DNA of 63,819 nucleotides, filler included, from Pirum gemmata (Eukaryota): NCBI GenBank assembly GCA_002812295.1. It is 14 parts of 14 records of this genome, joined end to end, with 100 filler letters (N's around TTAATTAATTAA, not from the genome) between each part and the next. Parts side by side here need not be neighbours in the genome. Positions count along the whole stretch, not along the records: positions 51,042 to 55,516 come from PDIN01001137.1; positions 55,617 to 60,064 come from PDIN01001138.1; positions 60,165 to 63,819 come from PDIN01001291.1; 11 more parts are not named here. One strand, 5' to 3'. Shown piece by piece: positions 53,205 to 63,819 of this stretch (position 1 is its first letter; each line of letters starts with the position of its first letter). The notes under the pieces were generated by a model. It saw only the letters and a program-made list of their open reading frames with translations, ran no database searches and was not told where the DNA came from. The position numbers and the translations under genes were made by a program.

Positions 53205-55168
53205 TTAATTAGAATTACTTGGCCCTGCACATTCACTTGGTCCTGCGCGTTCACTTGTGTATGAATTACTTGGTCCTGAATTACTTGGTCCTGCGCGTTC
53301 ATTTAAGTATGGATCAATAGTTTCTGTACTATCACTATCATTTCTATTTAAATTACTAGAACTGTCATTATAACTCGGATGTTCCTTTAAAATACAATTC
53401 AAATCAGAAATGTGTTTCTTTGTTTTTCTAATAATATCAGGGAGAGGTCTGTATCTTTTATCCTTGTTGTCAACAAAATTATCTTTATCTTTGCATTCTG
53501 TTTTAAAGCATTTGCCAATTTTTAATAGCAAATTTGACTTAAGACACTCTGAACATATCTAATAAATTTTCAAAATTTAAAAATTACAATGTTAGCGTTA
53601 ATAATAATAACAATGTAATTATATATATTATGCACTTGTAACTTGTATACAAAAATGTTGTCGTTGGGGTTACGGTTACGGTTACAATTAGGATTAAGAT
53701 TAGAGGTAAAGTTAGCATTAGGGTTAGTTAATATTTTTGGGTTTCCTATTTCATTTAAAATTTACCCAAGGTTAATAATGTTTTTAATAATAATAATAAT
53801 AATAGTAATAATAGTAATAAGAATATAAAAATAACCGCCGAGTCACAACAGCGCGTCTCCGTTATACCGGGATTTTTTTCACACGAGTTGCATTGGGCAA
53901 GGTTTGGCATTACATCTTTAGTCAAATCTCTCTATATATAATAATTGTGATATGGATATTGTTATATTAATTAATGTAATAAAAAACTAATAATTATAAT
54001 TAATGTTGTCATTGCTATCATTATTATTGTCATTATTAGATATTATTATAATTAATAAAGCGTATTATTTAATTAAAACATTACTTTTATTATTATTATT
54101 TGATGTGATAATAGATATTGTTCAAATGTAATAAAAAATGAATCAACATGATTGTCCTAACCCTAACCCTAACGCGGGTACCTTAATTTTCTTAAAACGC
54201 TCATAACTTATTTCTATTGTTACTATGAGGATGATTATTAAGACAACTGTATAAATATTTTTACTTACCGTCTTCTGTATAAAAGTTTCCAATGCGTTTA
54301 AATTCTTATCCAAATCACGGTTTTGTGATTTTAACTTCTCATTTTCCTCCAAGACCTAAATTTATTTAATTAAAAAGTATTTTTTAAAAAGAAAGTTTGT
54401 ATTATTATTATTATTATTATTATTCAATAAAATAATGAAACTGTAATTTTATAATAATAACATAATAACAATAACCATAACAATAAAATAATAACAATAA
54501 CATAATAACAATGGCAAAGGTAATTATAACAATAAATAACATAATATTATAATTACCTTTACCATGTTGTAACATTTTTTAAATGTCTCATTCCCCTCTG
54601 TTATTGTGTCAATAAGAGTAGGGAAGATTACCTCCTCATAGCGCTTTTGTTTTTTAGCCAAATTATGGTTTTGGGTTTTTAAATCTTGAATGACGTCCTC
54701 ATAGCGCTTTTTTTGTTTAGCCAAATCTTGAATAGCTTTATCAGGAAACACTATTTAGTAGTAGTAGTTACGTTCGTATTAGAGAAATAATAATAATAAT
54801 AATAATAATTAATTAGCAACATAATTATATAATATTAATATTATAACCCTGCCCCTACCCCTACAACTCCCCTACCCTTAACCCTTAACCCCAATTCTTA
54901 CCCTAATCTTAATCCTAACCGTAACCGTAGCCGTGCCGTACTATATAATTATATATATATACTAACGATAGTTGCCGACTTTTTTGGCAAAGGAGGTTAC
55001 ATTTTTGAAACTTAAAGTTAAGACTCCTTTTACAATCCTACCACCGATCCTTCCAATATATTTGGCTCTATTATTTAATATATTGTTTATTGGTCTTGGA
55101 GTCCTGTCTGGAGTCCTGTGTCTGTTATAGTTTCTTCGATATCCATTGCGTGTACGTGTGTTGGCCAT
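53205..55168 (-). CDS. Coiled-coil plus RING-like zinc finger protein, 5 exons
   Basis: Exons 55168-54967, 54750-54557, 54355-54269 (or to 54182), 53931-53836, 53558-53205, GT-AG and phase-consistent; spliced CNSC-x10-CC-x4-CSEC-x11-CFKTEC. Confidence 0.7.
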
Positions 55169-55429
55169 TTTGTTTGTTTGTTCTTATTCAAATTTGTGTT
55201 GATTATAATTATAATTAAAACGTTTAGAATTTTAATTAATTTTTCTTGTTTTGTTTATTTGTTGGTTACTAATTTCGAATTCTTTATATATTTAATATTT
55301 TTGTTTTTTTGATATTTTTTCTTGTAAATTCTGCTTTTATATATTTTTATAATTTTTTGTATTATTTGTTCTTATTTATAAATAAATTCGTTTCAAAATA
55401 TTCATGCAAGAGTCATGCAAGCAAAATAA

Positions 55430-55502
<73 letters not shown>

Positions 55503-55832
55503 TTTTTATATCTTTTNNNNNNNNNNNNNNNNNNNNNNNNNNNNNNNNNNNNNNNNNNNNTTAATTAATTAANNNNNNNNNNNNNNNNNNNNNNNNNNNN
55601 NNNNNNNNNNNNNNNNAAAACAAAAAAAAAAAAAAAAAAAAAAAAACAGACCATTATAAATAAAAATCAAAAACAAAAAAAACTTGGAAAAACTATAAAA
55701 AATTAAAAAAAGAAAAGGGAAACAAATTTTACTAAAATTTCTAGATCTTTTATTATTTTTATTTGAAATAAATAATAGTAAAGGAGGCTAGGTGAGATAA
55801 GTTTTTTTTTATGATACTATTAGAAAAGAACA

Positions 55833-58800
55833 ATGGCTGTTCAACAAAACTTACAACAGAACTTACAGAAAGATAACTTATTAAGTAACCTTTATTTTCA
55901 TGACAACAACATTGATAATATTGTAAGTGCGATAAACGTCAATAATGATGATGTTCACGATAAACACGGCATTGCATTAAATCATATCAGGGATAGAAGA
56001 TGGGGATTTAACCCTTTCAAAAAAGTTACTCATTGGGTAGAGGATAAAGTAAGTGACGCTAAAGATTGGGTGGAGGATGCAGCTGAAGATGTTAAGGATA
56101 AAGTAAGTGACGCTAAAGATTGGGTGAAGGATGCAGCTGAAGATGTTGGTGAAGGTTTAAGTGACGCTAAAGATTGGGCGGAAGACAGAGTTGAGGATGT
56201 AAAAGATGTTGTTGCTGATGCTGGTATTTTTTTTATGTTTCCCGTTATTATATTCAACTTGTATTATTATTTTTATTATTGCATAATATTATTATTATAT
56301 TATTATTATATTAATTGATATACAATATTATATATAATATCTAATATAATATATAATAATATTATTATATATTATTATATACTATATTATACTTTACATT
56401 ATTGTTATTATTCATTTTTATTAAAATTATATTCTACAATTATTATAACGGTTAATAATTAGGTCAAAGTTTGGAAGACTTAGCTGGTGACGCAATTGAA
56501 AAAATTGGTGATACTGCAAAAGATGTTGTAGAAACCATTGGTGATGCTGCAGAAGATGTTCACGATTACGTAGCTGACAAAGTAGATTCAGCAGTGGATA
56601 AGGTTGGAGATATTTACAATGAAGGAACCGACGCTGTGGCTGATTTAGCCGGTGATGTAGTGGGTGATTTAGCGGGTGCTGTATTGGGTGATAAAATCGG
56701 TGATGTAGTGGGTGATAAAGTTGGTGATTTTCTAGATAAAAAATTTGATGAATTTGGTGATACCGTTGAGGATGCCAAGGAAGGCATTGAAGATGCTGCA
56801 AAAGATGCTTCAGAGTGGGTTGAAGGTGCTGTAGACACTGTAGGTGATGGCTTGAAGGATGCTGGTGAGGCTATTGGTGGTGTCGTGGAAGATGTCGTCG
56901 GTGCTGTTAATGATGTAGTTGATGCTACTTGTGATCAAAAATTAATCAACAACATGGTACACGAAAGCTATGGTAATTTATCTTTACATTATGTTAAAAA
57001 ATCGACAAACGGTGATGGCTTTAAAGATGAACCTGAAAATATAGCTTTCGGTCAAGAAGGTTTCTATACTGTTAAACACTGGCGTACCTATCAATTACTA
57101 CCTGTTCCCGGCAAATGGCCTAATGACAAACCTTTAGACTTTACAGTTACTTTTACAGTCCGTGACGGTAATAATACTGATCTAGCTACTATTGATATGT
57201 GGACAAGATGCGATAGTGATGATCATAGAACAGAGAATTATATTAACTCTTGTACTCCTGCTGAGGGGGTAAATGACGATATTTGTTTAGATTTAGGCTT
57301 AAAGGCATCTTGTGAAGAAAGAAACCGTAAAAACTGTCAAGCCTTTACCGCGCATTTAGTAGCAGACGCAAGTGGTGTACAAAAAAATGATTATTTGTGT
57401 TCTGAAAAATCATTATTTGGAGTTATTGGTAGTGTTGTCGCCACGGTTGTCACTAAGATTCCAGTGGGACAGATCGATGGTTTGCTTGATAAATTTGAGC
57501 TTAACAATAGAAAGGATGAATTACAAACAGAAATAAATGAGGCCACTGCCTTGTTTAATAATATTAAAAACGATATCAAAGACGACGAATTAGATTTTAA
57601 TAGGACTGTTCAAGAACTAAAAGAACTAAGTAAGAAAAGAAATTGTTACAATGTCACTGAACCAGAATTCAAAGAGTACACTGAACAAATGAATGAATTA
57701 GAACATCATCGTGAAAAAATAGCGAATCAAACAAGGGATAATAACCATGCTTTGAGAATAGCTTTAATTGATTTACGAAACGAAAAACAATCATTCGACG
57801 CTTTAATGAACTTAATCAAGAAAAAATCTGAATCCTTATTTGATGATATTGGAACAATTGTAAAATCTGCTGATTTTATTATAACAGCAGTTTGGGATTT
57901 TGTTAAAAATAACGGTTGCTATGTTGCTTATTACGGAGCTTTAGCTTTAGGAATGGCTGTTGATTTTGCAATTACTCTAATTCCAGGTTATGGTCAATTT
58001 ATAGCCATGTGGCAGCAAATTCCAATTTGTGCGTTGGTAAGAGAGGGTACTTACGTACCCACCGCCGCTACATCAACATCCATGGTGATTGCGCCAGCCG
58101 TAGCTGCGGCTGTTTGTAGTTTAAAAAATCTTTTTCCAGGTTCTGTTGGGAAATGGATTGGTAGACAATTTTGTGGAGCGGCCGCCATGCTTGCAATTAT
58201 TACCACATTTTTAATAAATGTTGGTTGTGGTTTGCTTGGTAGTGCTGTAGTTGGTTTAATTATTCACCCTATTGTTTGTCCAATGACTATTAATGGACAA
58301 GTTTGTAGTAAGGCTTTAGGAGCATATTGTCAACCGATTATGAATGTAATTGAGAACGTTGGCCTTGCAGCAAACGCGGTATCATCTGTTGCTAGTACTG
58401 TAACTGATAAACTTATTGAAGGTGTGAACCAAATAACCACAGGACTACCCGGAGGACAATATATTGCAATTGACAATATAAATCAAGAGGTTGCAACTAT
58501 AATCAACAACGCTATACCTGATACCTCGGTTAATAGCTCTGCTACTATCAGTACTTCGACGGCTATTTCCAACCCTACTGAAACACCTTCAACTTCTAAT
58601 ACTATTCAAGATGCCATCGATAGAATTGGCAGTGCATTACCAAGCACTACATCTATTGCTACAATCACAACTACTGGAATTATTTTACCAAACCTAACAA
58701 AAACAGCTAATATCGATGTAAATTCTACTTCTTCTATTTCTAGCACTACACCTAATGCTACCAATATAATATTATCACCAAACACAACTGCTGAAACTGT

Positions 58801-59530
58801 ATTACCAAACACGACAAACACAACTGAAATCGATGAAAATGTAAATTCCACTTCTTCTATTTCCAGCACTACACCTAATGCTAACAATATATCACCAAAC
58901 ACAACTGCTGGAACTGTATTACAAAATACGACAAACACAACTGAAAGCGATGAAAATCCTACTTCTATTTCTATTTCTACTTCTACTTCTACTTCTACTT
59001 CTAATTCAGTTTACGTTGGTCAAGAAATCACAAGTACTCTTGGTCAAATCACAACTGCTGAAACTGTATCACCAAACACAACAAACATAACTGAAATCGA
59101 TGAAAATTCTACTTCTTCTACTTCTACTTCTACTTCTACTTCTACTTCTACTTCTACTTCTACTTCTACTTCTACTTCTACTTCTATTTCTACTTCTAAT
59201 TCAGTTTACGTTGGTCAAGAAATCACAAGCACTCCAGTTCAAGATGACAAAGTTAACAAGCAAGAGAAAGCAACAGAACAAATAGAACAAAATGGTCCAA
59301 GTTCGTTGGTTATTGGTTTAGCTACTGCAGGTTCGGTACTAGGTGTTCTAGTTATAGGTGGGATTGCCGTTGTCACTTCCAAGTTTTCCCAAAAGGATGC
59401 TTCAATCCCGGGAGATTGCACTTCAAAACACAAAGGAAATAATTCAATGTTTGAAGAAAATTTGATGAGTAATCCAATGTTTGAAGAAAATTTTATGGGT
59501 AATAATAACAATCTTTATTCGGACATGTAA
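55833..59530 (+). CDS. Large membrane-anchored surface protein (~1150 aa), two exons 55833-56223 and 56463-59530
   Basis: Phase-1 GT-AG intron joins the two ORFs; 11-mer-like acidic amphipathic repeats, Cys-rich domain, coiled coil, hydrophobic block, S/T stalk, C-terminal TM helix LVIGLATAGSVLGVLVIGGIAVV, tail with NPMF. Confidence 0.85.
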
Positions 59531-60164
59531 AAACGATAAATTTATTAATTTATACATTGATTTTTATTTGAAATAAAACATTAATTAAAACCATTATTGT
59601 ATTTAATACTGGAGTTATACCTACTAAATTTTAAAAGTTAATAAAAATAATGAATAATAATCATATATATAATTTATATTATGTATATATAATTTAGTAA
59701 TTAAAATACCGAGTTTAAATCATTCAGGTTATTTTTTATAAATAAAACTGTTACTATAATAATTGTTTTTGTTAGTGTTGTCGGGGTGAACGCTTACATT
59801 ATAAAATTATAATTCATTAATTATAAATAGTTAAATGGTTATATTTAATATATTAATAATAATACTTTTTTTTTCTTCTTCTTTTTAATTAATGAAAGTC
59901 TATTTAAGAATGTAAATAATCATATTAACGTCTATATATAATATAAATAATAAATAATAAATAATAATAATAATAATAATAAAATAAAAATAATATTAAT
60001 ATTAAAATATATCAGAAAATAATAAATAATAAATAATAATAACAATAATAAAATAATAAATAATNNNNNNNNNNNNNNNNNNNNNNNNNNNNNNNNNNNN
60101 NNNNNNNNTTAATTAATTAANNNNNNNNNNNNNNNNNNNNNNNNNNNNNNNNNNNNNNNNNNNN

Positions 60165-60196
<32 letters not shown>

Positions 60197-60756
60197 CGAT
60201 AATGAATTTAGCAGCTCTGGGAGACAAGTTCCTCAGACAACCGATAGTCCTAGAAATTATGACCAATCGCTAAACAAACATAAACCTATCTAGCTCGGAC
60301 TCTAGCCAGCTAGCAGCTAGCTACCTATTAAATTATGATAGTTCACTTTGCAAAGAGGGTGAAGAATCTGAAGATTGCCACTGAAGAAGGGTCAATCGCT
60401 CTCAATCTTTAATTTGGTACTGTTTTTTTAAGTGTATAAATACAACATTACGTATAAAATACCAAATTAATTAAAACATGTCTGATAGTTTAACCATAAT
60501 AATAATTTCGTAGGGGTCTACGTTTATTTCAGTCTTTGAACTTGACGATAGACTATATAATAATATAAAGAGACAGCAAAGCAAGGAGCTCAACTTGAAC
60601 GAACTCCTTGGAGGCCGGTCTACTCAGACTTGTCCCGGGTCAGTGTCCCGGGTGCTCTGGCAAAGTTCTGGCAACAGACCGACCTATGATACATAATAAT
60701 ATTATATAAAGCAAAAAAAAGGTTATTTTCGACATTACAAATAACCATTTTTTTGC

Positions 60757-60943
60757 TATCGTGCTTTTCATTTATTTTGTCACTCTGAATATTTATTTGG
60801 ATAGTTATAATCTTTAAATTGACATTTTTAAATCAATAAATAGATAATAAAATATACCAAATTAAATTAAATAGATTTATATTGTATTAATTTGGTACTA
60901 TTTATTGTTTATTTTATGATGACAAAACAACTGAAAAGCACTA
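60757..60943 (-). mobile_element. MITE family A full copy; another at 61093-61266
   Basis: tatcgtgcttttca ... tgaaaagcacta. Confidence 0.85.
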
Positions 60944-61553
60944 TATATCTACGCAATTAAGAAATCCAGGTGTCTTTATATTCTGGGGGCCTTAGGGTTA
61001 TATATAAATTATATAAAAATCAAGGACTTCAAAAAATTTGAAGTGTCGAGTCAGGACTCAGGAGGGGCTATTTTTTTTATTAATTTATTTATTATCATGC
61101 TTTTCATTTATTTTGTCACTCTGAATTTTTATTTGGAGGGTTATAATATTTAGAATGGACATTCTGAAATAAATAAATAGATAATAAAAAAAACCAAATT
61201 AAATTAAATGGTTCATATTTTATTAACTTGGTACTATTTATTGTATATTTTATAATGACAAAACAACCAGTCTAGCTAGCTAGAGTACTGGTACTAGACG
61301 GGGTCTACCTAGACCTACTAGTGGGGTCTACCAACTGGTCTACCTGGGAACCTGGGCCTGGGATAAAGAATTTAACTGTAAAACTTAGACTACTCTTAGA
61401 CCACAACACAAAATTTTTTAAATAACAATGATTAATTTGTTAGACAAAATTTATAAACCAAAATCAATACAAATGTTATTACATCAAAAAAAAAAAAAAA
61501 AAAAAAAAAACAAAAAAACTAAATAAAAATAATCAGATAATACTTTAAACAAC

Positions 61554-62801
61554 ATGGAGAACAATAACCAAAACTCATCCGTTGAAAGAAAATATTTATC
61601 TATTTCAGAAATGATACCTGAATTAGACAAATCTCTAGCTGACAAAATTGACAAGCTTATTCCCTCCCAGCATAAATGGTATAGGGATATAACTATTCAA
61701 CAACAAGATGGGGAAATTGATATTAGGGTTGAAGGAAAATTGATTAAACCTAATATCGATGACCTAACTAAGCGAAATGTAAAGATGTCAGTCCGCTGGC
61801 AATATGATAATAATGACATTTTCGACGCTGAAAAGTGGAGAAAACTAAATATTAATGCTTTAAATAAGGTATATGTTTTGCCTATTTTAAACATTGGATC
61901 AGCACTGACCGATGAGATATGTATATATGCATTGAAAAAATCACATCATCAGGCGTCTGCCGAATTGCTAAGAGACGATACTGTCATTCAAACATTGATA
62001 AATACATTTCCCAATTCAGTGATTCCAGCTTATGCTTTGATCATAATGATAGCAGACTTGCTAAAAGTAACTGAAAAGGAGAAAAGGAATCTGACTAAAG
62101 AGATTCACAATGCAAAAACCTTTGATGGTAGAGTATTACCTGCAATTTGGATAAGAAATTTAATTAATAAAATGCGTCTTATCGAATATGACGAAAATAA
62201 GATGGTAGAGTTAATAATGTCAAAACTACCTACCGAAGCCTATAATGCATTTTATAAGCTAATTGCTGACGCAGAACGCAATGTAGATAGCTCCAATGAT
62301 AACTCAAAAGAAAAGTATAAATTGGAACTCAAAAAAATGCAGTCTATAGGCTATCTAGCCACTTTTTTTAAAAATTGGGTAGACCGATACTGGAGACATA
62401 AAATTGTTACAGATGAACCAATTAAACGTAATGCTGAGAGTGATAGGGAAGAGAATAAAAAGAAACCCAGAACCAATCATAATAAAGATGGTAAGAAAGA
62501 AAAAATTTGTACTATTTGCTTTGAAGATCATTTTTGGAAAAATTGCCAAAATAAGCAAAAAATCAAAAATTTAGCTGAGAAATTCAAAGAAAAAAATCCA
62601 AGTTTATTTTCTAAAGATAGAGATAACTTATCATGTTATAGATGTGGTTTTGGGCATAGTGTTCAAAATTGCCCAATAAAAAAGGACATTGTCACCCAAA
62701 CTATCAATAATATTCAAGATATCAGTAATTCCGAAATAATGGAGTTAACTGAAGGTTTATGTAAGCAGGAAATTTCCAAGATTTTCGAAAATGAAAATTG
62801 A
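61554..62801 (+). CDS. gag: LTR-retrotransposon Gag with two zinc knuckles
   Basis: CTICFEDHFWKNC and CYRCGFGHSVQNC (both Cx2Cx3Hx4C); capsid-like FDG...WIRN; followed by a protease. Confidence 0.8.
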   Translation: MENNNQNSSVERKYLSISEMIPELDKSLADKIDKLIPSQHKWYRDITIQQQDGEIDIRVEGKLIKPNIDDLTKRNVKMSVRWQYDNNDIFDAEKWRKLNINALNKVYVLPILNIGSALTDEICIYALKKSHHQASAELLRDDTVIQTLINTFPNSVIPAYALIIMIADLLKVTEKEKRNLTKEIHNAKTFDGRVLPAIWIRNLINKMRLIEYDENKMVELIMSKLPTEAYNAFYKLIADAERNVDSSNDNSKEKYKLELKKMQSIGYLATFFKNWVDRYWRHKIVTDEPIKRNAESDREENKKKPRTNHNKDGKKEKICTICFEDHFWKNCQNKQKIKNLAEKFKEKNPSLFSKDRDNLSCYRCGFGHSVQNCPIKKDIVTQTINNIQDISNSEIMELTEGLCKQEISKIFENEN

Positions 62802-63819
62802 CATATTTGGCATGTTAGTTATATATGTATGGTAATTGTATCTTTTTTTGGTAGGTTTATGAATAATATGAACCCTAAAATTTTAATAAAAATTTATTTA
62901 GACTATTTCATAAGTTTTTTTTATAAGATAATCAATTATGTATTTATGACGTATATAATATTAACAGTGAGACCCATAGAGATAAACAATATTAATTATA
63001 ATAATAGTTTAGATTATGTAACTATTAATTATAATAGACTATATGTGCCTGCATTAAAAGATGAAGGTTCCAAATTTAATTTAATGAACCAAAAAGTATT
63101 TGATCAATTTAATAAACAAAAGAAAATTCATTTACTACATGAATATATACCAGTAAAGGGTGCGTTTATTAATGATAAAACAATTGTATTGCGAGCTGCC
63201 ATGATTAATATCAAAATTCATAATTATGAAATAAATTTGAAATTTTATATAGATAGCACTAATAGTATTGCCAATGATATTATATTAGGTATACCATTTA
63301 AGAACCTATTTATTAATGATAATTTGCAAAAAAAATTATTAACTAATAATACTATGGAAATTCAATATTATAATAAAGAAGACTTGAATGCACAAGCAGT
63401 TATTTGTTCTAAAAATGATGTATGGATAGAACCAAACTGTGTAAAAAAATTTAAAGTAAAATTTAAAAATGTATTTTTTGCTGATAGCTTAAAAAAAGAA
63501 GCAATATTTATTTCTAATAAAAAGCAAAGAACAATAAATAAATGTATTGATGATCAAATAGTTACTATCATATCACATGGTAATCATATGTATTCTTTAG
63601 AATTATTATATAATAATAAAGAGAATAAACGGTACAAATTATCGACAAAAACGATAATGGGTACTTTAATGGCAATTAATATAACAATAAATGAAGAAGA
63701 CCATATACAAAGAATAAATAATATTATAATTGATACTAATATTATTAATAATATAAATGATATTAAACTACCAATTGGGTTTAAATTTGAAGACCATTTA
63801 AATAAAATAGATAAATTAA
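62802..63819 (+). CDS. Start of Ty3/gypsy-like pol (retropepsin-like protease plus linker), runs off the window; not in the ORF track
   Basis: Same frame as gag and stop-free to the window end; LYVPALKDEGSKFNLM (GAT at 63060) and ANDIILGIPF. Confidence 0.72.

Noticed and set aside
60165..61553. 5' LTR and primer-binding site for the gypsy-like element
   Set aside because: Region is filled with MITE copies; no TG...CA unit or convincing tRNA-complementary site, and no second LTR to compare

Overview
AT-rich eukaryotic draft assembly, not a continuous locus. It is about 14 unrelated scaffolds of roughly 4.4-4.5 kb (one of 5.3 kb) joined by artificial N-TTAATTAATTAA-N spacers, so neighbourhood across spacers means nothing. 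TTAGGG repeats, GT-AG introns, the standard code and an animal-like Sec8 are compatible with a unicellular opisthokont/holozoan, but this is only an inference. Host genes assembled by hand: an intronless GLUT-type sugar porter, two RasGEF exons, ten exons of Sec8/EXOC4, a 5'-broken second sugar porter, an intronless leishmanolysin-like HExxH protease, a spliced beta-trefoil-like protein, a spliced coiled-coil+RING protein and a large membrane-anchored repeat protein. Mobile or viral content: a Ty1/copia pol with an extra Tudor-like module, a Ty3/gypsy-like gag-pol in one frame separated by a single TGA that also lies inside a plausible in-frame intron, a probable Polinton/Maverick-type polymerase N-terminus (OTU-like Cys/His, AT-hook) interrupted by spliceosomal introns, a methyltransferase relic, and at least eight short dispersed repeat families, most with terminal inverted repeats (MITE-like). 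Telomeric arrays recur inside introns, often near splice donors and in opposite orientation around exons. All family calls are by motif recognition; no database search was run.
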